A stretch of DNA of 63,637 bases, counting the filler, from Babesia bigemina (taxonomy: Eukaryota), in assembly GCF_000981445.1 (NCBI RefSeq). It is 6 parts of 6 records of this genome, joined end to end, with 100 filler letters (N's around TTAATTAATTAA, not from the genome) between each part and the next. Parts side by side here need not be neighbours in the genome. Positions count along the whole stretch, not along the records: positions 1 to 18,407 come from NW_012237131.1; 5 more parts are not named here. One strand, given 5' to 3'. Below the pieces are notes generated by a model. The model was not told the DNA's origin, made no database searches, and saw nothing but the letters and a program-made list of their open reading frames with translations. A program made the position numbers and the translations under genes. Below, in pieces: positions 1 to 9,107 of the stretch. Within the stretch, counting starts at the first letter, position 1. Every line of letters starts with the position of its first letter.

Positions 1-185
1 CACTGTGGGAGTTGAGCGCACGGGGTTCGCAGCAATTTCAATGGCGTTGCGAATGTTAAATAATTCAAAGTGACGGTTGGTGCTGATCACATGCGTCGCG
101 TCAGGCGTGGCTGTGGTATCCCGGGCAGCGTGGGTGTCGGTGGCCCGGGCTGGGGGGATACAGGGGTGAGGGTTAAGTAAGTCAT

Positions 186-400
186 GTTGCAGTTGGTGAG
201 TGCTTGCGTAGTGATTGATATGTTTGCAGATTGAGGGGACTGGGAGCGGCAGTGGTACGTGTTGCAGTTGGTGGGTGTTTGCGTAAGTGATTGATATGTC
301 TACAGGTTGAGGGGACTGGGAGCGGCAGTGGTACGTGTTGCAGTTGGTGAGTGCTGCTTGAGTGATTGATGTCTGCAGGTTGAGGGGACTGGGAGGGGAG
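186..400 (+). repeat. ~75-bp tandem repeat (3 units; intron-like + exon-like halves) upstream of small Cys-rich gene
   Basis: Unit GTTGAGGGGACTGGGAGCGGCAGTGGTACGTGTTGCAGTTG + GTGAGT...TGCAG; homologous arrays at 9108-9500 and 52687-53150. Confidence 0.9.
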
Positions 401-407
401 AAGGAAG

Positions 408-860
408 ATGGCTTGGGACGATTGTACGTGTGCTAATAACTGTAAGAAACCTAATTGTAAGTGCTGTCCCTGGTGTTGTAATGGATGTATAAAAAGGTGT
501 TTACAATGTTTCAATTTGTCTGTTGTGCGCAAAAGCGGAGCACCGTGCTACTTTCCGGAATGTGTTGGTTGTAAGACTAACACGTGTCCATGTCCATGTT
601 GTGAAAGAAAACGTCCTACCCACTATTATAATACTCATACTGGCCGACACTTCACTGTCGCTGCCTCCGACCGTCTCCATCAGATTCCCACTCAACAGCT
701 CTCTAACAGAGTTTCTACTCAAGAATCTGCCACAGATACCAATTCCTCCCCCGCCCCTTACATCATCGTCCCCGTCGCCCTCATCATCGTCGTCATCTGC
801 GTCATGGTCTACTTCCGCATCCGGCCGTTCCACAGGGTGCGGTATCTACTGCGCAGCTGA
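408..860 (+). CDS. Small Cys-rich single-pass membrane protein (150 aa)
   Basis: ATG start; N-terminal CxCx3Cx3NCxCCx2CCx2C; Ser/Thr linker; hydrophobic IIVPVALIIVVICVMVYF; basic tail RVRYLLRS; paralogues at 9503 and 53163 keep frame and Cys spacing. Confidence 0.85.
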   Translation: MAWDDCTCANNCKKPNCKCCPWCCNGCIKRCLQCFNLSVVRKSGAPCYFPECVGCKTNTCPCPCCERKRPTHYYNTHTGRHFTVAASDRLHQIPTQQLSNRVSTQESATDTNSSPAPYIIVPVALIIVVICVMVYFRIRPFHRVRYLLRS

Positions 861-940
861 TCACAATAACCTAACTGGCGACTATATATAATGTTGTAGA
901 CAGTAATGGTTGCTTGATGGCAAATTACATGAGCAGCGAG

Positions 941-1095
941 GTGACCAATGTGCTGACCAAGCACCTGACCAAGGTGTTGACCTATGTGCTGACCAAAGTG
1001 GCGACCTATGTGCTGACCAAAGTGCTGACCAATGCCACGACCAATGCCACGACCAATGTGCTGACCAATGCCATGACCAAAGTGGTGACCACGTT
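941..1095 (+). repeat. 12-bp satellite (TGACCAAnGTGC-type)
   Basis: TGACCAA recurs every 12 nt. Confidence 0.9.
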
Positions 1096-1097
1096 AA

Positions 1098-1755
1098 TGG
1101 TTACGGCAGCGATGACATGGCTACGGCAGCGATGACATGGTTACGGCAGCGATGGCATGGACACGGCAGCGATGACATGGTTACGGCAGCGATGACATGG
1201 TTACGGCAGCGATGACATGGTCACGGCAGCGATGACATGGTCTCGGCAGCGATGACATGGTTATGGACACGGCAGCAAGGACATGGTCACGGCAGCGATG
1301 ACATGGTCACGGCAGCGATGACATGGCTACGGCAGCGATGACATGGTTACGGCAGCGATGGCATGGACACGGCAGCGATGACATGGTTACGGCAGCGATG
1401 ACATGGTCACGGCAGCGATGACATGGTTACGGCAGCGATGACATGGTCACGGCAGCGATGACATGGTCACGGCAGCGATGAGATGGACACGGCAGCGATG
1501 ACATGGTACGGCAGCGATGACATGGTTATGGACACGGCAGCAAGGACATGGTCACGGCAGCGATGACATGGTCACGGCAGCGATGACATGGCTACGGCAG
1601 CGATGACATGGCTACGGCAGCGATGACATGGTTACGGCAGCGATGGCATGGACACGGCAGCGATGACATGGTTACGGCAGCGATGACATGGTCACGGCAG
1701 CGATGACATGGTTACGGCAGCGATGACATGGTCACGGCAGCGATGACATGGTCAT
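1098..1755 (+). repeat. 20-bp satellite (ACGGCAGCGATGACATGGT[T/C])
   Basis: Long tandem array read directly. Confidence 0.95.
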
Positions 1756-1769
1756 AAGTGGTGATTATT

Positions 1770-2510
1770 ATCCACTCTACATCGCTCCCTAACCCACTCT
1801 ACATCGCCCCTTTATCCACTCTACATCGCTCCCTAACCCACTCTACATCGCCCCTTTAGCCACTCGACATCGCCTCTAACCCACTCCACATCGCCCCTTT
1901 AGCCACTCCACATCGCCTCTAACCCACTCCACATCGCCCCTCTATCCACTCTACATCGCTCCTTTACCCATCTTACATCGCTCCTTATCCACTTTACATC
2001 GCTCCCTAACCCACTCTACATCGTTCCCTTATCCACTCTACATCGCCCCTTTACCCATCTTACATCGCTCCTTATCCACTCTACATCGCTCCCTAACCCA
2101 CTCTACATCGCTCCCTAACCCACTCTACATCGCCCCTTTATCTACTCTACATCGCCCTTTAACCCACTCTACATCGCCCCTTTACCCACCTTACATCGCT
2201 CCTTAACCCACTCTACATCGCCCCTTTATCCACCTACATCGCCCCTTTACCCACTCTACATCGCCCTTTACCCACCTTACATCGCCCCTTGACCCACTCT
2301 ACATCGCCTCTTTACCCACTCTACATCGCCCCTTAATCCACTCTACATCGCCCCTTAACCCACTCTACATTGCCCCTTTACCCACTCCACATCGCCCCTT
2401 TATCCACTCCACATCGCCCCTTTATCCACTCTACATCGCCCCTTATCCACTCTACATCGCCCCTTTATGCACTCTACATCGCTCCCTTATCCACTCTACA
2501 TCGCTCCTTT
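1770..2510 (+). repeat. 22-bp C-rich satellite (CCACTCTACATCGCYCCYTWAY)
   Basis: CCACT at 1772, 1794, 1816 etc.; 21-22 nt period. Confidence 0.95.
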
Positions 2511-2512
2511 AC

Positions 2513-5500
2513 TTCCTCGAATCCGAAAAAAATAAACTTTCTTGCCCCTTCAAATACTCTGATAAAGAGACTTACTGTCAGTACTACGAGAAGAAAATTG
2601 ACAAAGCTCCTAAGAAACCTGGAGAATCTGAAATGTCAAGTGATGCTCTTGTAAAACAAAATTTGAATCTTAGCGTGTTGAAAAAATGCCTCGAAGATTG
2701 TAAAAAACAGCACGGCAAATATCCTGAGAACCCTGCCATAAAGGACATTGAGTCCAAGTTGTCTCAGCTTGAAAAGCTTGAAGAAAGTCTTACTGGATTG
2801 ACTAAAGAAGAGAATTGCAAAGATCTTTTAGAGAATCTTTGTGACGGCCTTCAGACTTTCCTCGGCTTCAACTCTGCTTCCAAAGGCTACGACGGCAGTG
2901 GTATTGTCTACTCTGACCTTGATAGGCTGTGTGATGCGGTGATGGGATTTTTGTATCAGGTGCTTAAGGATGTCAGCGAGAAACAGCCTTACAATGTGGG
3001 TAAAAATAGGTTAAATGAAGCAATGGAAAAAATAAAAAGCGCCAGGTGGAAGGGTCATGGAGGCCTTAATGATATCATTGCATATGTTGTCAGCCGGGTG
3101 TCCTCATATAATACAAATGTCGTGAGCTACAATGGCAGAGTAAAAAAACCAATTAATGAGTTATTAGGCCATGTACAAAATGATATTCCAAAAGAAATTA
3201 AGATTATTCCGGAAGATAAAGAACTTGAGCAGTTAGGTAATGATGTTGAACGAAAAATTAGGCCAACTGAAGAGTTAGCCAAGACGTATGTTAAATACGG
3301 TAAAAGCTTTGCAATATCAATGAGTAAAATTTCTGAACAAATCAGAACTCTTAATAGTGACTTGCGAGTGAAAATCGATCAAGCAAGCAAAAATATAAAA
3401 CACGAGACTAAGCGTCTAGAAGACGTGTCATCGAAAGAAGAACATCACATGAAAGTAATTGAAAAGCACATCAAAGAATTGCTGACGAACTGTAATAGCT
3501 GCGTTAATGATAAGATATGCAAAGATGTCGCTGAGTTCGTGAAACTCTTGAAAGATAAGGTGTCGAAAATTCGGCAGAAACTTGACGAGATAGACAGAAA
3601 TTTATATAAGTATGTTAAAGATCTGCAGGAGTGGATTGATAAGGCTGATAAAATTGTGAAACGTGGAATATTTGAGACCGAAGACATTGAGAAAAAAGGT
3701 ATTGGAAAGGATAAGCAGGATAAACTTAAAGCAGTTGCAAAAGCGCTGAATGACAGGGGTATTGTGCTACTAAATTATATTAACGATATGAAAAAACAGA
3801 TCGCGGAGAACGTAAAAGCAGCGCTCACGCAGGTGAAAGAGATGGACGGGAAGCTGAAAGAGGATTTGTACAAAGTAAAGAAAGCGATAGAAGCCCAGGT
3901 TGCCAAAATTAAGGAGGCGATAGGAAAGCTGTATGATGTGGTTAAGAATGGACAACCCGATGAAGGAACAAATGATCAGACTATTGCAGGAGTTATCGGG
4001 GAGATTCACAGTAAGGTTAAAAATTTTACGGGAAATAAAGGAGGAAGAACGGCGGCAACAGATGGTCTTACAGGTATTATAAGCGGTGTGAGGTGGAAGT
4101 ACGCAAAGAATTTCGAGACCAGATTCACGAAAGCTATCAGCGACATAGTCACGGGAATCGTGGAAAGCGAGGGTGTCAAACAGTTGCTTAGGTCTCATAT
4201 TGATGGTAACTCAGGGTACCTTGATGACAGCAAAGTCAACGGTAAGAATACAGATGCTAAAATAATGAAACTAGGGAGTATTATTGTGCAGCATTTAACG
4301 TCTGATCTGAATACTCTACCATCTCCTAAATCGGAGCTTGGAACGAAAGATAATGTAGATGGGAATATGTCAGACATTTCGAGTTATCTTACATCCTACG
4401 CCACTCAAGTAACGAGCAGACATTCTGTAGTTGCGAAATTGATTGGCGATCATATTAAGAATGCAAACAATGCAACTCATTATAACAACTATTATCTCGA
4501 ACGCGTCGTTGGCACTGTTTTCGCTGCACTGCATAAAGCCACAGCGAAAGCAGGAGAAGAGCTTACTCAGTTCATCACATTGTCACAAATTAGCAAACTT
4601 AAGCCGGCTTTAGATGCTGGTGAACTGCTCCAGGGGCATCTTAACGCGGCGACTACAAACAAAAAGCCTGCTAAGCTCGTCGACGACGCTATCTCGGAAA
4701 TGAGCAACGTTGCTACGAATCACATTGGAAAGGATACGCTTGCAGGTGTAGGTAATTCAGGTGATAGAATTTCATCGCTTGGTGAGCAAGCATTTGTAGA
4801 ATACAAAAAGTATGTATCTCAAGAAAGTCTTCCGCTCTTAGACAATAACATAGACAACCTAGGCGGCACCCTTACAGCTGCTATCAAGAAAATCCGAGAC
4901 GATGCCTCACCACACGACGTTACTCCCACCAAAAATGATCTTGAAAAGTGGTCCGGCGAAATCACATCCAACCTCGAGTCCCTTTTAACATCCGTCTCGG
5001 AGAAAGGAAAGGCTGTGAGTAACCATTTGAGAGACCTCCAAAAACAGATTTCTAAGGGTGATGATAGCAATGGCCTCCAAGACATTCAGAAGCGGCTCAG
5101 CTACCTGCAGAAAGCAATTGAAGGTGGACCCCTTAAATTGGCCGACGACTTCCTAAAAGGAGTTGACCCATCCCGTAACAAATACGTCAAGCAACTTCAA
5201 CAATTCGTCGACTCCGAGATAACGACCGTAAAAAATAGAATCACATCTGAAGTCCGCAAACACTACATCTCCACCATCCGCGAACTGCTGACCGATTATG
5301 CCCAAAAGGTTCAGAGCGAGTTGAACAAACTGCCCGAAGAGATCGACGATGATCTGAGAAGGGGCTACAAAGGCTTCGTGAAAAAGATGGAAACGCATCT
5401 CCTGCCGGAACTCACCATACCGCCAAACACCCCGCTCAAGGACGCCGCGTCTACCCTCAAGTCCAAGCTCACCGCTTTCATGGAACAACTGCAAAATCAA

Positions 5501-7966
5501 GCGGATTTCAAGAAATCATTCGAGACCGTCAAACCGTCCCACACTGCTATCCTCGAGTTACTTCAGCAGCTTAACGACTCCAAGCACTTCGGCCACCTCG
5601 TCCCTCCCAGGGTCAATGCTCTGCTCGATAGGCTCGGTGAGCTGTCGCCTAAGAAGTACAAGGAAGAGGCACAACCCATGCTGGACACGCTGAAGGTAGG
5701 GTACGGAGCGTTCTGCACTGAACTCGGAAAGGCATACGTGAGCCGTTACTCGGGGCAAACTGTTGAGTGGACGGAAACTGGTCTTAGCACCGGTTTAACA
5801 CAAAACGCACATAGATGCGCTAAAATATTCTTGACCGCTTTTTCCACAATTTACGATGCTGTGCATGACTTGAGGATAAATTGCAACAGTCTGAAGGGTC
5901 ACCAAATTCACTCGACCTCTGATCTCGGCAGGTTGTTCCTACGGCACGGCTTCAGAGTGTCAGACGGCGACAAACAACACTGGGAGCTGCAGAACAAGGA
6001 CGTCATAAACGGCGAATACGTCCTTAAGAGAATCAGTTTTAGGGTCGATGGTGCGAAAGACAACGAGCATCTTAAGGAGTGCGAATCGAATAAACGCAAG
6101 TCTAACGTCCTCTTTAATCTTTTTGACATTCTCAAATGCATTCTTTATCACATAGACAAGTACAACGAAACGTGTCACATCGCTATACTCCCCAAACCTA
6201 GAACGCCATGTACCGTTTTCGAGATGCTGGTGTGGCTTTCAGGGCTCACTTACACTTCCGCGTACCAGGCGCTGCTATCAGACGGGTTCACCAACGTGCT
6301 TGATAATCCGGATACGCCGCTTGCTGGCGACGGAGAGATCACCGTATTTGACATCGAGAAGTCATACCTGGAGGCGCACCCGCAGAAGATCACGTATAAG
6401 AACATATGCAAGGTACTGGACTACCTTTGTTCGAAATCGTACGATTTGCTCACTACCGTTGTTGGCCACGGCAACGCGGCGACATTCTACGCTTGCGACT
6501 ATTCGAATAACACGCTGAATCTGTACTACCCGAGCTCCGGCGAAGATTGTTTGCAGATGTTGCTTGACTTCCTGCGCAGAATTTTGCAGCCGCTCAGATA
6601 TTTGTTTGAACGATGCAGCGTCGCAGACAAGAACTACGGATGGGCCGACTGCCACTACGGTAAGGACGTACCTACAACGAAATCGCACTGCAACATCAAG
6701 CCAACGGACGAAGCAGCGTGCCTACCAAACTGTCAACCAAACTGCGAACCAAATTGTCAACCAACATCGCCATTGATGAACTACCTCAGTGACTCTCTAC
6801 TCGGTTATCTGCCGCACAGATTGGAGTCTGTTGGATGCAAATCTAAATGCTCCACTTGCCCCTCCACTTCTAGGCTGGGAATGCCGTGCGTCACACCGCT
6901 GGGTTTCAGAGCGTTTTCTGGGTCGACCAAAACAGGCCGTCAGCTATGTGAGATGATTCGCGAATTCTTAGGTAGTGGCGTGATTTCATCCTTGCTCGGC
7001 TTGTCACCAACTCCGCCGAAAACGCTGCCAGAGCATTTCGGTTTCGGGTTAAGCTTGGTTAATAAGTGGGTCAAAGTTGCATCTTATATTACTGATGCAG
7101 GTATAAAACCAGTATCACAAAGTAAGATTGAAGCATCTATTCAGAAACTCTCCATTAAGCTCTACACTGACACGGGTAAGCTTACCAATGTACTTCGTGA
7201 CGCTTATGGCAACAGTCAGCATGAGCACGAAGGCGTGAATCATCTCGAAGTCTATGCCGATGTATCTAGCCTATGCATGACTAGAAGTTGCGAGGACAGT
7301 CATATGCGCTGTGCTCCATACCTATCCACTTTGTGTTCGGACACGTATCAATACCTTGTTCATAAGAACTTTGCCACGTACCTTACATGGGCTGTCTATC
7401 TACCGTGGGATTTCTGGACTCAACTCAACAATTTGTGTAACGCGTTCAAGAATATTTTCTGCCAAGACTGGGGATGTCATACGTGTCTGCGTGCTGACAA
7501 ATGCAAGCGTGGACAGCATGGCCTCGTCGAGAAGGTGGACAAACAACCTGACAAGCCTCATTGCAAGTGTCCATCGATGGTTCAGTGCAAGGGTGTGTCC
7601 GCAACATTGTACCAGTTCGGTTTCAGTTTTGGTAACGCGGCAACACTAAATGATACGACATCGGCTAAGAAGTGTTCTGATTTCTGCTCTCAGCTGGATA
7701 AAGTGTTGAAATCGGAATATTTCAAAAAGCTATTCACGGAATGTGACAACTTCATTTGGACTATCAGAGAACCGTTCACCTACTTGGTTCTGGCACTCTG
7801 GTCGCTGTCCCTCTTCTACCTCATCTGCGTAATGGTTGGCAGACTGGATGTGCTCCACATACGCTCACACCTGAGGATACCGTCGTCGCACAGGATAACG
7901 GCGCAGTCATTGTTGGCTGCTGCGCAAGTCGGAAGGCTTGCCAAGATATCGTACCTGCAGCCGTGA
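2513..7966 (+). CDS. ves1: Large VESA1/ves1-like variant surface antigen, tail type A (..VGRLAKISYLQP); first ATG 2633, family homology extends upstream to ~2513
   Basis: 1777-aa ORF with GIVYSDLDRLCD block, Cys-rich region, C-terminal TM and LDVLHIRSH tail resembling Babesia VESA1; in-frame upstream LESEKNKLSCPFKY matches LEAEKNKLECPVKY of the 26004-32066 protein. Confidence 0.85.
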   Translation, partial: FLESEKNKLSCPFKYSDKETYCQYYEKKIDKAPKKPGESEMSSDALVKQNLNLSVLKKCLEDCKKQHGKYPENPAIKDIESKLSQLEKLEESLTGLTKEENCKDLLENLCDGLQTFLGFNSASKGYDGSGIVYSDLDRLCDAVMGFLYQVLKDVSEKQPYNVGKNRLNEAMEKIKSARWKGHGGLNDIIAYVVSRVSSYNTNVVSYNGRVKKPINELLGHVQNDIPKEIKIIPEDKELEQLGNDVERKIRPTEELAKTYVKYGKSFAISMSKISEQIRTLNSDLRVKIDQASKNIKHETKRLEDVSSKEEHHMKVIEKHIKELLTNCNSCVNDKICKDVAEFVKLLKDKVSKIRQKLDEIDRNLYKYVKDLQEWIDKADKIVKRGIFETEDIEKKGIGKDKQDKLKAVAKALNDRGIVLLNYINDMKKQIAENVKAALTQVKEMDGKLKEDLYKVKKAIEAQVAKIKEAIGKLYDVVKNGQPDEGTNDQTIAGVIGEIHSKVKNFTGNKGGRTAATDGLTGIISGVRWKYAKNFETRFTKAISDIVTGIVESEGVKQLLRSHIDGNSGYLDDSKVNGKNTDAKIMKLGSIIVQHLTSDLNTLPSPKSELGTKDNVDGNMSDISSYLTSYATQVTSRHSVVAKLIGDHIKNANNATHYNNYYLERVVGTVFAALHKATAKAGEELTQFITLSQISKLKPALDAGELLQGHLNAATTNKKPAKLVDDAISEMSNVATNHIGKDTLAGVGNSGDRISSLGEQAFVEYKKYVSQESLPLLDNNIDNLGGTLTAAIKKIRDDASPHDVTPTKNDLEKWSGEITSNLESLLTSVSEKGKAVSNHLRDLQKQISKGDDSNGLQDIQKRLSYLQKAIEGGPLKLADDFLKGVDPSRNKYVKQLQQFVDSEITTVKNRITSEVRKHYISTIRELLTDYAQKVQSELNKLPEEIDDDLRRGYKGFVKKMETHLLPELTIPPNTPLKDAASTLKSKLTAFMEQLQNQADFKKSFETVKPSHTAILELLQQLNDSKHFGHLVPPRVNALLDRLGELSPKKYKEEAQPMLDTLKVGYGAFCTELGKAYVSRYSGQTVEWTETGLSTGLTQNAHRCAKIFLTAFSTIYDAVHDLRINCNSLKGHQIHSTSDLGRLFLRHGFRVSDGDKQHWELQNKDVINGEYVLKRISFRVDGAKDNEHLKECESNKRKSNVLFNLFDILKCILYHIDKYNETCHIAILPKPRTPCTVFEMLVWLSGLTYTSAYQALLSDGFTNVLDNPDTPLAGDGEITVFDIEKSYLEAHPQKITYKNICKVLDYLCSKSYDLLTTVVGHGNAATFYACDYSNNTLNLYYPSSGEDCLQMLLDFLRRILQPLRYLFERCSVADKNYGWADCHYGKDVPTTKSHCNIKPTDEAACLPNCQPNCEPNCQPTSPLMNYLSDSLLGYLPHRLESVGCKSKCSTCPSTSRLGMPCVTPLGFRAFSGSTKTGRQLCEMIREFLGSGVISSLLGLSPTPPKTLPEHFGFGLSLVNKWVKVASYITDAGIKPVSQSKIEASIQKLSIKLYTDTGKLTNVLRDAYGNSQHEHEGVNHLEVYADVSSLCMTRSCEDSHMRCAPYLSTLCSDTYQYLVHKNFATYLTWAVYLPWDFWTQLNNLCNAFKNIFCQDWGCHTCLRADKCKRGQHGLVEKVDKQPDKPHCKCPSMVQCKGVSATLYQFGFSFGNAATLNDTTSAKKCSDFCSQLDKVLKSEYFKKLFTECDNFIWTIREPFTYLVLALWSLSLFYLICVMVGRLDVLHIRSHLRIPSSHRITAQSLLAAAQVGRLAKISYLQP

Positions 7967-8139
7967 TCATATTCACGTTTGTAATTCACAGCAACTCACG
8001 TAACTACTCACTTAGCGAATCACCTACTCACCTAACCGACAAACGTAGTCTAATGTCTCGAATTACTCTAGCGGCGATCTGTGAAGTAAATAGCACCTAG
8101 ATTAGGTTATGACTGATAGACAAGGTAACGTGTTAAGCT

Positions 8140-8620
8140 ACCACCCAGGCAAAGTGCTGAGCTAGCACCCAGGCAAAGTGGTAACCTAGCAACCAGGCAA
8201 AGTGCTGAGCTGGCAACCAGGCAAAGTGCTGAGCAAGCAACCAGGCAAAGTGCTGACCTAGCGAGCAAGCTAAGTGCTAACCTAGCACCCAGGCAAAGTG
8301 CTAAGCTAGCAACCAGGCAAAGTGCTAAGCTAGCAACCAGGCAAAGTGGTAAGCAAGCAACCAGGCAAAGTGGCGACCTAGCACCCAGGCAACGTGTTGA
8401 CCTAGCCACCGGGCTAAGTGCTAAGCTAGCAACCAGGCAAAGTGCTGACCTAGCGAGCAAGCTAAGTGCTAACCTAGCACCCAGGCAAAGTGCTAAGCTA
8501 GCAACCAGGCAAAGTGCTAAGATAGCATCCAGACAACGTGTTGACCTAGCAGCCGGGCAAAGTGCTAACCTAGCACCCAGGCAAAGTGCTAACCTAGCAC
8601 CCAGGCAAAGTGTTAAGCTG
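8140..8620 (+). repeat. 24-bp satellite (AGGCAAAGTGCTAAGCTAGCACCC)
   Basis: 24-nt period; follows a type-A tail gene. Confidence 0.95.
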
Positions 8621-9105
8621 GCGGATGAACCGTAATTTGGTTGTTGCGTTGAGTTACGCGTTGACTGTGAGAGGCATCCGCGTTGCCCATTGAGTGAGTG
8701 TCACGTGTGGCTGGGTGATTGGTCGCTAACGTAGGCGGCCGTGAAGGCCGCGGCGGGTGACGTAAGTCGTGTGTTGCGAGTCACTGGCAGGGTGGCGTAA
8801 TCCGCGTTGGCCTCGTTAAGTAGCATTTATAGGCAGCGATGTAGCGATTGTTTATATCACATTTGGGCACGTAGCCGACACGCTCCGCCAGTATGGCGCC
8901 GATAACGCGGCTCGTAGCACGGTGCTGCTGCACTGTGGGAGTTGTGCGCACGGGTCGCTGCAATTTTTATGGCGTTGCGAATGGTGAATAATTTAGAGTG
9001 ACAGTTGGTGCTGATCACATGCGTCGCGTCAGGGCATCTGTGGTATCCCGGGCAGCGTGGGTGTCGGCGGCCAGGGCTGGGGGGATACAGGGGTGAGGGG
9101 AGGTG
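8621..9105 (+). promoter_or_regulatory. Conserved GC-rich non-repetitive spacer, putative promoter/5' leader of small Cys-rich gene
   Basis: Closely similar copies at 52200-52685 and 1-180, no conserved ORF, always upstream of the 75-bp array and small gene; function inferred. Confidence 0.5.
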
Positions 9106-9107
9106 TT

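Noticed and set aside
1098..2510. Possible CRISPR array
   Set aside because: Contiguous tandem units without unique spacers, no cas genes, eukaryotic context
2633..7966. Bacterial Ebh/SMC/phage tape-measure identity for the large proteins
   Set aside because: Only generic coiled-coil composition; the Cys-rich region, TM and LDxLHIxSH tail fit Babesia ves-like antigens
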